This document shows, piece by piece, positions 48,357 through 57,780 of a stretch of DNA of 64,000 bases (within the stretch, counting starts at the first letter, position 1; each line of letters begins with the position of its first letter). The notes under the pieces are model-generated. The model saw only the letters and a list, made by a program, of their open reading frames with translations. It made no database searches and had not been told where the DNA came from. A program made the translations under genes and the position numbers. Origin of the DNA: Candidatus Eiseniibacteriota bacterium (lineage in GTDB: Bacteria; Eisenbacteria; RBG-16-71-46). The DNA lies in NCBI GenBank assembly GCA_963776245.1, contig CAVZLN010000006.1, forward strand, positions 544,001 to 608,000, read 5' to 3'.

Positions 48357-50159
48357 ATGGCGCTGATCAGCCTGAACGACGTGAGCCTCACCTTCGCCGG
48401 GCCCATGCTGCTGGACTCGGTGAGTCTCCAGATCGACCCCGGGGAGCGACTCGGACTGCTGGGCCGCAATGGCGCCGGCAAGTCCACGCTCCTGCGGATC
48501 CTCGACGGCTCGCTCGTCCCCGATTCGGGCACCGTGGCCCGCCAGCCGGGACTGCGCGTCGCGAGCCTGCGGCAGGACGTGCCACTCGATCTCGCGGGCA
48601 CCGTGCGCGCGTACCTGCACGAGGCCTGCGGCGCGACGCGGAGCGACCGGGCGTGGGAGATCGAGGCACGGATCGATCAGGCGGTGCACCACTTGAGACT
48701 GGATCTGGACGCTTCGCTCGAGGCGCTCTCGGCCGGATCCAAGCGACGAGTCCTGCTGGCGGCGGCGCTGGTGCGCGACTCGGATCTGCTGATCCTGGAC
48801 GAGCCCACCAACCATCTGGACCTCGACGCGATCCGCCACCTCGAGGAGACGCTTGAGCGCCGCCGCGGCACGCTGGTGTTCGTCACCCACGACCGGAGCT
48901 TCCTGCGCGGTCTGGCCACCCGCATCCTCGACCTCGACCGCGGCGTCATTCGCAGCTACCGCGCCGGGTACGACGTCTACCTCGAGCGGCGGGAGGATGA
49001 ACTGCGCGTCGAGGCCGAGCAGGACGCGCTGTTCGACAAGAAGCTGGCGCAGGAGGAGGCCTGGGTGCGCCGCGGGATCAAGGCGCGACGCACGCGCAAC
49101 GAGGGCCGGGTGCGCGCGCTCGAGTCCCTGCGGCTCGAACGCGGGGCGCGCCGCGACGAGGTGGCGCGGGTGAGCGCCCAGCTCCAGGAGGCGGAGCGCT
49201 CCGGACGCATCGTGCTGCGCTGCCAGGACGTGGGATTCGGGTACGACGACGTGCCGATCGTGCGCGGGTTCACCGCCCGGATCGCCCGCGGCGACCGCAT
49301 CGGCATCCTCGGGCCCAACGGCTGCGGCAAGACCACGTTGATCGGCCTGCTGCTGGGCGAGATCGCGCCGCAGGAAGGCACCGTGACCGCCGGCACCAAG
49401 CTCGAGGTGGCGCACTTCGAGCAGCTCCACGATGCGCTCGACGAGAGCCGCACGGTGATGCAGAACATCGGCGAGGGGCGCGAGACCGTGCCGTTCGGAG
49501 AAGGCGAGCGCCACGTGGTGGGCTACCTGCGCGACTTCCTGTTCACGCCCGAGCAGATGCAGGGCCCGGTCACCAAGCTCTCGGGCGGCGAGCGGCGGCG
49601 GCTCCAGCTGGCCAAGGTGCTCTCGCGCCCGTGCAACGTGCTGGTGCTCGACGAGCCCACCAACGACCTCGACCTCGAGACCCTCGAACTGCTCGAGGAG
49701 CTGCTGCTGGAGTTCCGGGGCACGTTGCTGGTGGTCTCGCACGATCGCACCTTCCTCGACAACGTGGTCACCTCGACCATCGTGTGGGAGGGCGAGGGCC
49801 GGTGGCGCGAGTACGTCGGCGGTTACGAGGACTGGCTGCGGCAGAAGGAGGCCGCGGACAGCGCGGCGCCCACCTCGGCGAAGCCGGCCCGACCGAAGCC
49901 CGAGCGTGCGACCGAGCGCCCGCGGCGCCTGGGGTTCAAGGAGAAGCGCGAACTGGCCGAACTGCCCGCGGCCATCGAGCGCCTCGAGGCCGAGAAGGAG
50001 GCGCTCTTCGCCCGCATGGCCGTGCCGGACTTCCACACCACCCCGGCGAGCGAGATCGCGGACATGCGCGCGCGGCTCGCCGCGGTGGACGCCGAGACCC
50101 ACATCGCCTACGTGCGCTGGATGGAACTGGAAACGCTCGCCGCGGGCGAGGGCGGGTGA
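48357..50159 (+). CDS. uup: ABC-F ATPase Uup
   Basis: Two NBDs (GRNGAGKST, GPNGCGKTT, LDEPTN twice); linker EEAWVRRGIKARRTRNEGRVRAL; C-terminal coiled coil RWMELE. Confidence 0.92.
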   Translation: MALISLNDVSLTFAGPMLLDSVSLQIDPGERLGLLGRNGAGKSTLLRILDGSLVPDSGTVARQPGLRVASLRQDVPLDLAGTVRAYLHEACGATRSDRAWEIEARIDQAVHHLRLDLDASLEALSAGSKRRVLLAAALVRDSDLLILDEPTNHLDLDAIRHLEETLERRRGTLVFVTHDRSFLRGLATRILDLDRGVIRSYRAGYDVYLERREDELRVEAEQDALFDKKLAQEEAWVRRGIKARRTRNEGRVRALESLRLERGARRDEVARVSAQLQEAERSGRIVLRCQDVGFGYDDVPIVRGFTARIARGDRIGILGPNGCGKTTLIGLLLGEIAPQEGTVTAGTKLEVAHFEQLHDALDESRTVMQNIGEGRETVPFGEGERHVVGYLRDFLFTPEQMQGPVTKLSGGERRRLQLAKVLSRPCNVLVLDEPTNDLDLETLELLEELLLEFRGTLLVVSHDRTFLDNVVTSTIVWEGEGRWREYVGGYEDWLRQKEAADSAAPTSAKPARPKPERATERPRRLGFKEKRELAELPAAIERLEAEKEALFARMAVPDFHTTPASEIADMRARLAAVDAETHIAYVRWMELETLAAGEGG

Positions 50160-50260
50160 AGCGGTGCCGCCCCTCGCGATATCGCGCGCTCGCTTCACCG
50201 GGCGGCGTGCTGCATCCTGTCTTCTCGACCCTCGACCCACTCTCGTCCCGGAGTAGCCTG

Positions 50261-53098
50261 ATGCCGCTTCGCTCCACCCTGCTGGCGCTCGCCCTGCTGC
50301 TCGCTCCCGCCCTCTCCCATGCCCAGGCCGCCGGCCTGCGCGGGAGCTTCAAGGACGCGGAGAGCGGGGTGCCGGTCGCCAGCGTCCAGGTGAGGCTCAC
50401 GAGCGTCACCGACACCAGCGACGTGCACCGCGTGACGGGCGGCGAGGACGGCTCGTTCGCCATCGGCGGGCTCGGCCTGCGCCGCTACCGGCTCGAGGCC
50501 GCGCGCCTCGGCTACGACACGCTCCGCACCGTGGTGCGCGTCACGATGCCCGACCAGGACGCGGGCGCGCTGTCGCTCAGGTCGCACTCCCTGCTGCTCC
50601 CGCCGTTCACGGTCTCGGAATCCGGCATCCCCGCGGTCCAGAAAGCGGACACCACCGAGTACCACGCCGGCGCGGTCCGGACGCAGCGCGACGCGACCGC
50701 CGAGGACCTGGTGCAGAAGCTTCCGGGCGTCACGATGGAGAACGGACAGATCAAGGCGCAGGGCGAACAGGTGCAGCAGGTGCTCGTCAACGGCCGGCCG
50801 TTCTTCGGCAGCGACCCCACTGCCGGGATGCGCAATCTGCCGGCCGAGGTGGTGGATCGCATCCAGGTCTACGATCGCATGAGCGACCAGGCCGAGTTCA
50901 GCGGGTTCGACGACGGCCAGGCGCAGAAGACCATGAACTTCATCCTGCGCGATCAGAAGGCGCGGTTCGGCAAGGTGTACGCGGGCTACGGCGATCAGGA
51001 CCGCTACCAGGCCGGCGGGAACGCCACGCTGCTGCGCGGCGGCACGCGGCTCACGCTGATCGGCATGTCGAACAACGTCAACGAGCGGAACTTCTCCCCG
51101 CAGGACCTGTTCGGCGCGATGGGCGGCTCGGGCGGCGGGGGCGGACCGCGCGGCATGATGATCGGCGGCGGCCCGCGGGGGCCCGGCGGCGGCGGGCGGC
51201 CTCCGGGCGGCCGCATGGGCGGCGGCGGCTTCGGGGGCGGCGCGTTCGACCCCGGCAGCTTCATGGTGGGCCAGCAGTCCGGCGTGAGCACCACGCACGC
51301 CGGAGGCCTGAACTACGTCGCCCAGCGGGGCCCTCGCCTGTCGGTGAGTTCGAGCGTGTTCATCAACGATGGCGAGACCGACAACCTGCAGCTCCTCGCG
51401 CGCCAGTACCTGCCGCCGCAGGACTCGCTCGCGGCCTACTCGCAGAGCGCCACCACCGCGAGCCGCAACCGCAACCAGCGCATCGACGCGCGGATCGAGT
51501 GGACGCCCGACTCGCTCAACTCGGTCATCTTCCAGCCGCGGCTCTATTTCCAGGACACCGACGCGCGCAGCGCCGCGAGCGCCGCGAACACCTCCATCGC
51601 GGGCGGCACGCTGAGCGCCGCGACCAGCGACACGCGGGACCGCAACGACGGCGACAACCTCTCGAGCCGCCTCACCCTGCGGCACCGCTTCGCGCGGCCG
51701 GGGCGCAACCTCTCGGCCGACCTCAATGCCGGGCACACGCTCCGCGATGGCGATGGCTCCCAGCGCTCGCTCACCGACTACTTCGAGGGCGCGACCACGA
51801 CCAGCGACACGCTGGATCAGCAGTCCGATTCGAGGACCGTCACCAACTCGCTCTCGGCCCGCGTCGCGTTCACCGAGCCGCTTCTCCCGCAGCTCAGGCT
51901 GCAGGCGATCTACAACCCGTCGCTCACGAGGAGCGTGGCCGACGCGCGCACCCTGCGCCTCGATCCGCTGAGCGGGACCCACAGCCTGCCCGACAGCGCG
52001 CACTCGAACTCGTACCGCAATCGGAACACGGCGCAGAACGGCGGGCTCGCGATGCTCTACACGCGGGGCCTGTGGAGGCTGCTGGCGAACGCTTCCTATC
52101 AGCAGACGCGACTGCGCTCCGAGCAGACCTACCCCGCGACCCACACCATCGACCGCACGTTCGGCAACGCGCTGCCCTCGCTGACGCTCACCGGGAACTT
52201 CGCCAACCGGCGGAACCTGCGCGTGGCGTGGAGCACCTCCACCACGTCGCCCACCATCGGCCAGTTGCAGAACGTGGTGAACAACTCCAACCCGCTGTCG
52301 CTCTCGACCGGCAATCCCGCGCTGCGGCCCACCTACACCCACGCGCTGTCGCTGCGGATCTCGGAAGCCACGCCGATGCGGTCGACCAGCCGGTTCCTGT
52401 TCGTGAACCTGTCGCGCACCGCGCGCACCATCGCCAACGCCACGTTCACCGCCCCGACCGACACCGTGATCGAGGGGGTGGCCCTCGCGCGCGGCACCCA
52501 GCTCACCCTGCCGATGAACCTCGACGAGTCGTGGAACGCGAACCTGTTCGGGGTGTACAGCCGGCCGACCCAGTGGGTGAAGAGCATCCTGAGCCTGAAC
52601 GGCGGCGGGTCGTTCACGCTCACCCCCACGCGGATCAATGGCGCCACCAACGCGAGCCGCGCGACCGCGGTCCGCAGCGGCGTGGTGCTGGCGAGCAACA
52701 TCAGCCAGCGGCTGGATTTCACCCTGTCGTACTGGGCCACCTACAACCACTCGCGCAGCACGCTCAGTTCGAGCCGCTCGGGCGACTACTTCACCCATAG
52801 CGCCGGGCTGAGGCTCAATGCCGTGGTCGGCTCCGGCGTGGTGCTGCGGGAGGAGCTGAACCACAACCTGCAGAGCGGCGTGCCGTCCGCCTACGGGCAG
52901 GACGTGGTGCTGTGGAACACCACGCTCGGCAAGAAGTTCCTGAAGGGCGAGCGGGGCGAGCTGCGCGTGACCGCCACCGACGTGCTGGAGCAGAACCGCA
53001 GCGTGAGCCGGAGCGTCACCGAGACGTACGTGCAGGACTCGCGCGACCGCACGCTCGGCCGCTACGTGCAGGCGGTGTTCACGTACTCGTGGCGGTGA
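50261..53098 (+). CDS. Outer-membrane beta-barrel / TonB-dependent receptor-like protein with an N-terminal carboxypeptidase-regulatory-like domain
   Basis: Signal peptide; DTTEY...EDLVQKLPGV...VNGRPFFG.DP plug; GNPALRP; terminal strand YVQAVFTYSW. Confidence 0.88.
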   Translation: MPLRSTLLALALLLAPALSHAQAAGLRGSFKDAESGVPVASVQVRLTSVTDTSDVHRVTGGEDGSFAIGGLGLRRYRLEAARLGYDTLRTVVRVTMPDQDAGALSLRSHSLLLPPFTVSESGIPAVQKADTTEYHAGAVRTQRDATAEDLVQKLPGVTMENGQIKAQGEQVQQVLVNGRPFFGSDPTAGMRNLPAEVVDRIQVYDRMSDQAEFSGFDDGQAQKTMNFILRDQKARFGKVYAGYGDQDRYQAGGNATLLRGGTRLTLIGMSNNVNERNFSPQDLFGAMGGSGGGGGPRGMMIGGGPRGPGGGGRPPGGRMGGGGFGGGAFDPGSFMVGQQSGVSTTHAGGLNYVAQRGPRLSVSSSVFINDGETDNLQLLARQYLPPQDSLAAYSQSATTASRNRNQRIDARIEWTPDSLNSVIFQPRLYFQDTDARSAASAANTSIAGGTLSAATSDTRDRNDGDNLSSRLTLRHRFARPGRNLSADLNAGHTLRDGDGSQRSLTDYFEGATTTSDTLDQQSDSRTVTNSLSARVAFTEPLLPQLRLQAIYNPSLTRSVADARTLRLDPLSGTHSLPDSAHSNSYRNRNTAQNGGLAMLYTRGLWRLLANASYQQTRLRSEQTYPATHTIDRTFGNALPSLTLTGNFANRRNLRVAWSTSTTSPTIGQLQNVVNNSNPLSLSTGNPALRPTYTHALSLRISEATPMRSTSRFLFVNLSRTARTIANATFTAPTDTVIEGVALARGTQLTLPMNLDESWNANLFGVYSRPTQWVKSILSLNGGGSFTLTPTRINGATNASRATAVRSGVVLASNISQRLDFTLSYWATYNHSRSTLSSSRSGDYFTHSAGLRLNAVVGSGVVLREELNHNLQSGVPSAYGQDVVLWNTTLGKKFLKGERGELRVTATDVLEQNRSVSRSVTETYVQDSRDRTLGRYVQAVFTYSWR

Positions 53099-53129
53099 AG
53101 CCGCGCGCCGGGAGCGCCCGGCGCGGCCC

Positions 53130-53672
53130 TCAGACCGCCAGCCGGTGCGAGGTCACCGCACCCGAGAGCAGTTCGTCGCCGAGTGTGAGGTAGAGCATGC
53201 CGTCGGCGACCGACAGGTCGAACGCCATCCGGCGCGCGAGGCGCGCGACCAGCGCGCCCACCAGCGCACGGTCGAGCCCGTACAGTTCGAGGGACTCCGC
53301 GCGGTGGATGCGCTCGCCCGCGAGCGAGGCCCAGTAGCGCGGGGCGTCGTGGTGGGTGTACACCGCCACGCGCGGCGCCGCCTTGCTCGCCCGGTGGAGC
53401 CGCGCGGCGTCCGGGGCGCCGATATCGATCCACGACCGCAGCGCGCCGGTCAGGTCGCGCACCTCGAGCGCCGGCTGGTCGGGCTCCGCGAGCCCCTTCG
53501 AGAACGCGAGGCCCTCCCGGTGCTCGATGCAGAAGGCGAGCACGCGGGCGCACAGGAACTCCTCGCTCTCGGACGGGTGGCGCGCCACGCGCAGGTCAAT
53601 CGCCTCGTACACGCCGCGGTCCACGTGGGAGAGTTGCACCGCGAACTGGTGGATGGTGGCGCCGAGGGCCAC
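53130..53672 (-). CDS. yaeQ: YaeQ family protein
   Basis: ALGATI, DRGVY, ARHPSE, FSKGL, WIDIGAPD..RL..AS. Confidence 0.9.
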   Translation of the reverse strand: MALGATIHQFAVQLSHVDRGVYEAIDLRVARHPSESEEFLCARVLAFCIEHREGLAFSKGLAEPDQPALEVRDLTGALRSWIDIGAPDAARLHRASKAAPRVAVYTHHDAPRYWASLAGERIHRAESLELYGLDRALVGALVARLARRMAFDLSVADGMLYLTLGDELLSGAVTSHRLAV

Positions 53673-53674
53673 GC

Positions 53675-54271
53675 TCAGCGGCCCGACGCCATGCGCGTGA
53701 GCACGATCGGGGCCGGATAGCGGATCGGGCCGATGGACGTCTCGATGGTGGGCACCAGCTCCAGCCGCAGGTCCTTCCGCACCGTGCCCTGCCCGGCGAT
53801 GGCGACCGCGAGATCGAACAGGTCGCGCGCCCCCCCGCTGCCCAGTTCGAGCAGATCGAAGCGCACCGCCAGCGGCACGTCGGCCGAGCGGCCCGGCGGG
53901 ATGGCGACCGGGCTCGCCAGCCGGCCCTCGACCATCCGGCGGTCCTCGATGAAGAACGTCCAGCCGAGATCCACCATGCGCGCCGCCACCTTGTTCTCGG
54001 GCGGGTTGGCGGCGTTCGCGTGGACCACCAGTTCGAGCGGGGCGTGCCTCGCGACCAGCGCCGCGCCGAGGCGCGCCGCGTCCGCCAGACCGAGCGACGC
54101 ATAGCGCGCCTCGGGACCGATCGGGATGCCGACGAAGCGCACGTCGGACACGCCGGCGAACGTGAACCGGACCAGGCGCAGCGCCGCCATCTCGTTGAGG
54201 ACCGAGCAGCCGGGGACCACGAGCAGGGCGAGCAGCGCCAGCGGCGCGGCGATGCGGAGCGGGCGTGGCAT
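53675..54271 (-). CDS. Lipoprotein, LEA type 2-like
   Basis: RBS GGAGG; lipobox VPGC; ANP..N...A motif; beta-rich. Confidence 0.7.
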   Translation of the reverse strand: MPRPLRIAAPLALLALLVVPGCSVLNEMAALRLVRFTFAGVSDVRFVGIPIGPEARYASLGLADAARLGAALVARHAPLELVVHANAANPPENKVAARMVDLGWTFFIEDRRMVEGRLASPVAIPPGRSADVPLAVRFDLLELGSGGARDLFDLAVAIAGQGTVRKDLRLELVPTIETSIGPIRYPAPIVLTRMASGR

Positions 54272-54385
54272 GATGGCCTCCTGGAGGGATGGCGGTCGGG
54301 AACCCGTGACGGGCATGATAGCCGGTCGGGGGCGCGCGGGCGTCGGGCCCTGCATCCTCAACCCACGCCCGCGCGTAGTGCGGCC

Positions 54386-55420
54386 ATGTCCCCAGCACAC
54401 ACCACCCTGCGGGAGAGTCTCCAGGCCACCGGCATCCACCGGGTCGGCAGCCCGCGCGATGGGTTCCGCTACCGGGGCCCCGGCGGGACGCCCGTCCCGC
54501 TCGCCGTGCGGCAGCGGATCGAACGTCTGCGCATCCCTCCCGCGTGGCGGCGCGTGGTCATCGCGAGGGCGCCCGCGGCCCGCGTGCAGGCGATCGGGCT
54601 CGACGCCGCGGGGCGCTGGCAGTACCGCTACCTCGAGGCGCATGCCGCGCGCCGGTCGCGAGCCAAGTTCGAGCGGCTCGTGGCGTTCGCACGCGCGCTA
54701 CCGGCATTGCGGGCCCGAATGAGGCGCGACCTCGCGCGGCCCGGGATGCCACGCGAGCGGGCGTGTGCGACGGCGCTGCTCCTGCTGACCGCCGCCGCGC
54801 TGCGGCCGGGCAGCGAAGTGTACGCACGGGAAAATGACACCTACGGCATCGCCACGCTGCGCCCCCGCCACGTGACCGTGCGCGGCGACCGGGTGACCCT
54901 CGCCTTCCGCGGCAAGCACGGCGTGCGGCAACGGCACCCCCTGCGCAGCCGGCGATTGGCGCGACTGGTCCGCGAGATGCTGGCCCTGTCCGGGCGCGAG
55001 TTGCTCAAGTACCGCGACGCGCGCGGACGCCTGCGGGACCTGCGGCGCATCCACCTGAACGCCTACGTGAAGCAGGCCATGGGGGCGCGGTTCTGCGCCC
55101 GCGACTTCCGCACCTGGACCGCCACGCTGGTGTGCGCCGCGGCGCTGCGACGCGAAAGCCACGTACCCGCCGGGCAACGTGCGCGGGCCATCGGACGCGC
55201 GATCGCCGAGACCGCGCGCGTGCTGGGCAACACCGCGGCCGTGGTGCGCGAGTCGTACGTGCACCCGGCCGTGGTGGAGGCGTACCGGCGCGGGCGGGTG
55301 GTGGCGTGTGCGATCGATGGGCCGCTAGGGCTGGTGGATCGGATGCCGATGCGGCTGCATCCGGCGGAGCGGGCGGTGGTGCGGGTGATCAGGGCGACGC
55401 TGACGGTCGGCGGCGACTGA
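54386..55420 (+). CDS. DNA topoisomerase IB (bacterial/poxvirus-like)
   Basis: IPPAW, QAIG.D..GRWQYRY; catalytic LRPG, FRGK, DFRTW, LGNT and SYVHP. Confidence 0.93.
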   Translation: MSPAHTTLRESLQATGIHRVGSPRDGFRYRGPGGTPVPLAVRQRIERLRIPPAWRRVVIARAPAARVQAIGLDAAGRWQYRYLEAHAARRSRAKFERLVAFARALPALRARMRRDLARPGMPRERACATALLLLTAAALRPGSEVYARENDTYGIATLRPRHVTVRGDRVTLAFRGKHGVRQRHPLRSRRLARLVREMLALSGRELLKYRDARGRLRDLRRIHLNAYVKQAMGARFCARDFRTWTATLVCAAALRRESHVPAGQRARAIGRAIAETARVLGNTAAVVRESYVHPAVVEAYRRGRVVACAIDGPLGLVDRMPMRLHPAERAVVRVIRATLTVGGD

Positions 55421-55464
55421 CTGTCCCCGGCCATGCGTACGGGGTCGCCTCTGGCCGCGGCGTC

Positions 55465-56409
55465 CTACCCTCTGAACCTCTCCGCCAAGTGCCACTCGAG
55501 CCACTCCTTGCTCGGATGGTCTTCGGGACGCGCGGGCATCCGGATCTCCTGCCCGTGGAGCGGGTAGTAGCTCCGGCCATTCGAGAAGTCGTCCTTGAGG
55601 CGCTTGCTCACGACGAAGCGGCGGTCCGGAGTCACTCCGACGTAGCCCCTGTCGAACAGCCGGTGGATATCACTGCGGAGCAGTAGGCCATTCGGCACTT
55701 CGTGCGCGCCGCCATCGCCATAGGGACGGATGTGCGCGGCCTCGAGCGCGGGCAGCGAATGCTCGGATGTCACCGCGCACGCTCGACCATAGGCATCGGT
55801 GACCGAGATCCTGAAGATGCCCTGCCCGAGTCGTGGGCGCACGAGTGCCGGCTCGCCATAGCGGACCTCTGGATAGACGGGGACCGATCCGCGATCCGCG
55901 ACCATCGCGTCAAGACCCACGCGCGCCTGGCATTCTCGCCAGACTCGAGCTCCTTCCCCGGCTTGAAGGTCGTAGGCTTTGCCCTGGACGACGTTCTCGG
56001 GCCAGTCGGCCGGAGGTGGAACCCATGCATCGCGCGGCAGGAACACTGGCTGTGCAAGCATCAGACAGCCGATGGGGTAGTCACCGCTGTCCGCCGCGCC
56101 ACCACCACCATCGCGCCGCAGGCGCCCTATGCGTTGGCGCATCTCGGCGAACGTCGCCGCTCCGTTCTTGGTCTCGAACGCATCCCACGCGTAGTAGGCC
56201 GGCAGCACGTCGTGCTTGGCGAACAGGCCCCATCCGACGATCCAACCACCGTGCCGCTTCCGCAGCTTGAAGATCACCGGCATGCCGGACTTGAGTTGCT
56301 GAGGCGTGCGGGTGTCGCTGGGCCTCCAGAAGTTGACCTCGTCGAGGTCGGGCTGGCGGCTCAGGAACTGGAACCAATCGTGGTCGGTGACGAGGATGAC
56401 CCCGCGCAT
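55465..56409 (-). CDS. HNH endonuclease (putative restriction endonuclease)
   Basis: N-terminal VTDHDWF...EVNFW; C-terminal RLGQGIFR...CAVT...LEAAHI...NGLLLRSDIHRLFD. Confidence 0.88.
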   Translation of the reverse strand: MRGVILVTDHDWFQFLSRQPDLDEVNFWRPSDTRTPQQLKSGMPVIFKLRKRHGGWIVGWGLFAKHDVLPAYYAWDAFETKNGAATFAEMRQRIGRLRRDGGGGAADSGDYPIGCLMLAQPVFLPRDAWVPPPADWPENVVQGKAYDLQAGEGARVWRECQARVGLDAMVADRGSVPVYPEVRYGEPALVRPRLGQGIFRISVTDAYGRACAVTSEHSLPALEAAHIRPYGDGGAHEVPNGLLLRSDIHRLFDRGYVGVTPDRRFVVSKRLKDDFSNGRSYYPLHGQEIRMPARPEDHPSKEWLEWHLAERFRG

Positions 56410-56523
56410 GGTGTCGGATGGTAGCTCATCGCACCCCTTGAACCCCATCTCCCCTCCGCGCTATCGTCCCCCCATCGACTCCGATTGTCCCCCGGCGACG
56501 ATCCTCCACAGGAAAGGGCGCGC

Positions 56524-57660
56524 ATGAGTTCCGGTCTCCATGGCATGCGCCTCGCGGGTATCTCGGCCCATGCGCCGGATCACGTCTGGAGCAACGCCCG
56601 GGTCGCCGCCCGACTGCGTCTCGAACGCATGCGGGCACGCGCCGCGGGCCACGGCGATCTGACAGACGAGGAGGCCAAGCTCTTCGAGACCAGCGATCGC
56701 TGGGTGCGCCGCTTCATCGGCTTCACCGAGCGGCGCTTCTGCAACGAGGGCGAGGGCACCATCGATCTCGCCACGCGCGCGGCCCGCCAACTGTTCGAGC
56801 GCTCCGGCGAGGACCCGGCCGAGGTCGACGCGATCATCGTCGCCAGCGTGACGCCCTCCCACCTCTACAGTCCGCCGGACTCGGCCTTGCTCCAGCGCGA
56901 ACTGGGCATCCCGGTGTGGTCGGGCCCGGTCCCGCGCGAGATCAAGGGCGCCGACGTGTCGCTGGCGTGCAGCAGTTGGGTGACCTCGCTGATGTTCTGC
57001 TACTCGCTGATCCGCGCCGGGATGGCGCGGCGCATCCTGCTGGTGGGCGCCGACCGCATGAGCGCCGCGATCAACTGGCGCGACCGCAGCTTCGCCACCG
57101 TGCTCGGCGACGCGGGCACCGCCACGCTGTGCGACGCGGTCCCCGCGGCCGAGGACTGGTTCTCGCCGACGCGCTTCTGGAACTGGCTCGACGGCGGCCG
57201 GGCGGACATCATCCTCACGCCCGCCGGCGGGTCGCGCCGGCCCGCTCCCCTGCCGGAGGAGACCGCCGCGGGCAAGCATCGGCTGGCGATGGACGGCGCC
57301 GCGGTGCGCGACGTGCTGGTGCCGTTCACCGGCGGGCCCGCGGTCGATGCCGCGCTCAATAAGGCGGGATGGCGCCTCGAGGACCTCGACCTCGTCACCC
57401 TGCATGAGGCCAACCTCACGCTCAACGCCTCCATCGTGAAGATGTGGCGCGAGCGCGGCTTCCGTGGCCGGGTGCTGGATGCCGGGGGCCGCTTCGGGAA
57501 CACCACCAGCGCCTCGATCCCGCTGGCGCTGGCGCTCAATCCCACCGAATTGTCGCCGGGACGCAAGTTCGGCCTGTTCGGCTTCGGCGGCGGCCTGTCC
57601 GCGAGCTTCGCCTTCGGCACCATCCAGCATCCGCTCCCGGCCTGGAGCGACCTGGACTGA
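56524..57660 (+). CDS. Divergent ketoacyl-ACP synthase III (FabH-like)
   Basis: LACSSW (Cys), LGDAG, LHEAN (His), FGNTTSASIP (Asn), GFGGGL. Confidence 0.85.
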   Translation: MSSGLHGMRLAGISAHAPDHVWSNARVAARLRLERMRARAAGHGDLTDEEAKLFETSDRWVRRFIGFTERRFCNEGEGTIDLATRAARQLFERSGEDPAEVDAIIVASVTPSHLYSPPDSALLQRELGIPVWSGPVPREIKGADVSLACSSWVTSLMFCYSLIRAGMARRILLVGADRMSAAINWRDRSFATVLGDAGTATLCDAVPAAEDWFSPTRFWNWLDGGRADIILTPAGGSRRPAPLPEETAAGKHRLAMDGAAVRDVLVPFTGGPAVDAALNKAGWRLEDLDLVTLHEANLTLNASIVKMWRERGFRGRVLDAGGRFGNTTSASIPLALALNPTELSPGRKFGLFGFGGGLSASFAFGTIQHPLPAWSDLD

Positions 57661-57780
57661 CGCCGCGGGGCCCCCGCGTGGGCCGCACGACCGGCGCGCG
57701 AAAGCCTGCTAGGATGCCCCTGCCGCCTCCAATGGGGCCGCGGATTCCCCTGCGGCCCGTTCCGGAAGGACGGTCGGCTG

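Noticed and set aside
50195..52864. 889-aa antisense ORF and similar long overlapping ORFs throughout the track
   Set aside because: No recognisable motifs; they overlap well-supported genes.
54386..55420. Tyrosine recombinase / integrase marking a mobile element
   Set aside because: Motifs match topoisomerase IB; no att sites or mobile genes were seen.
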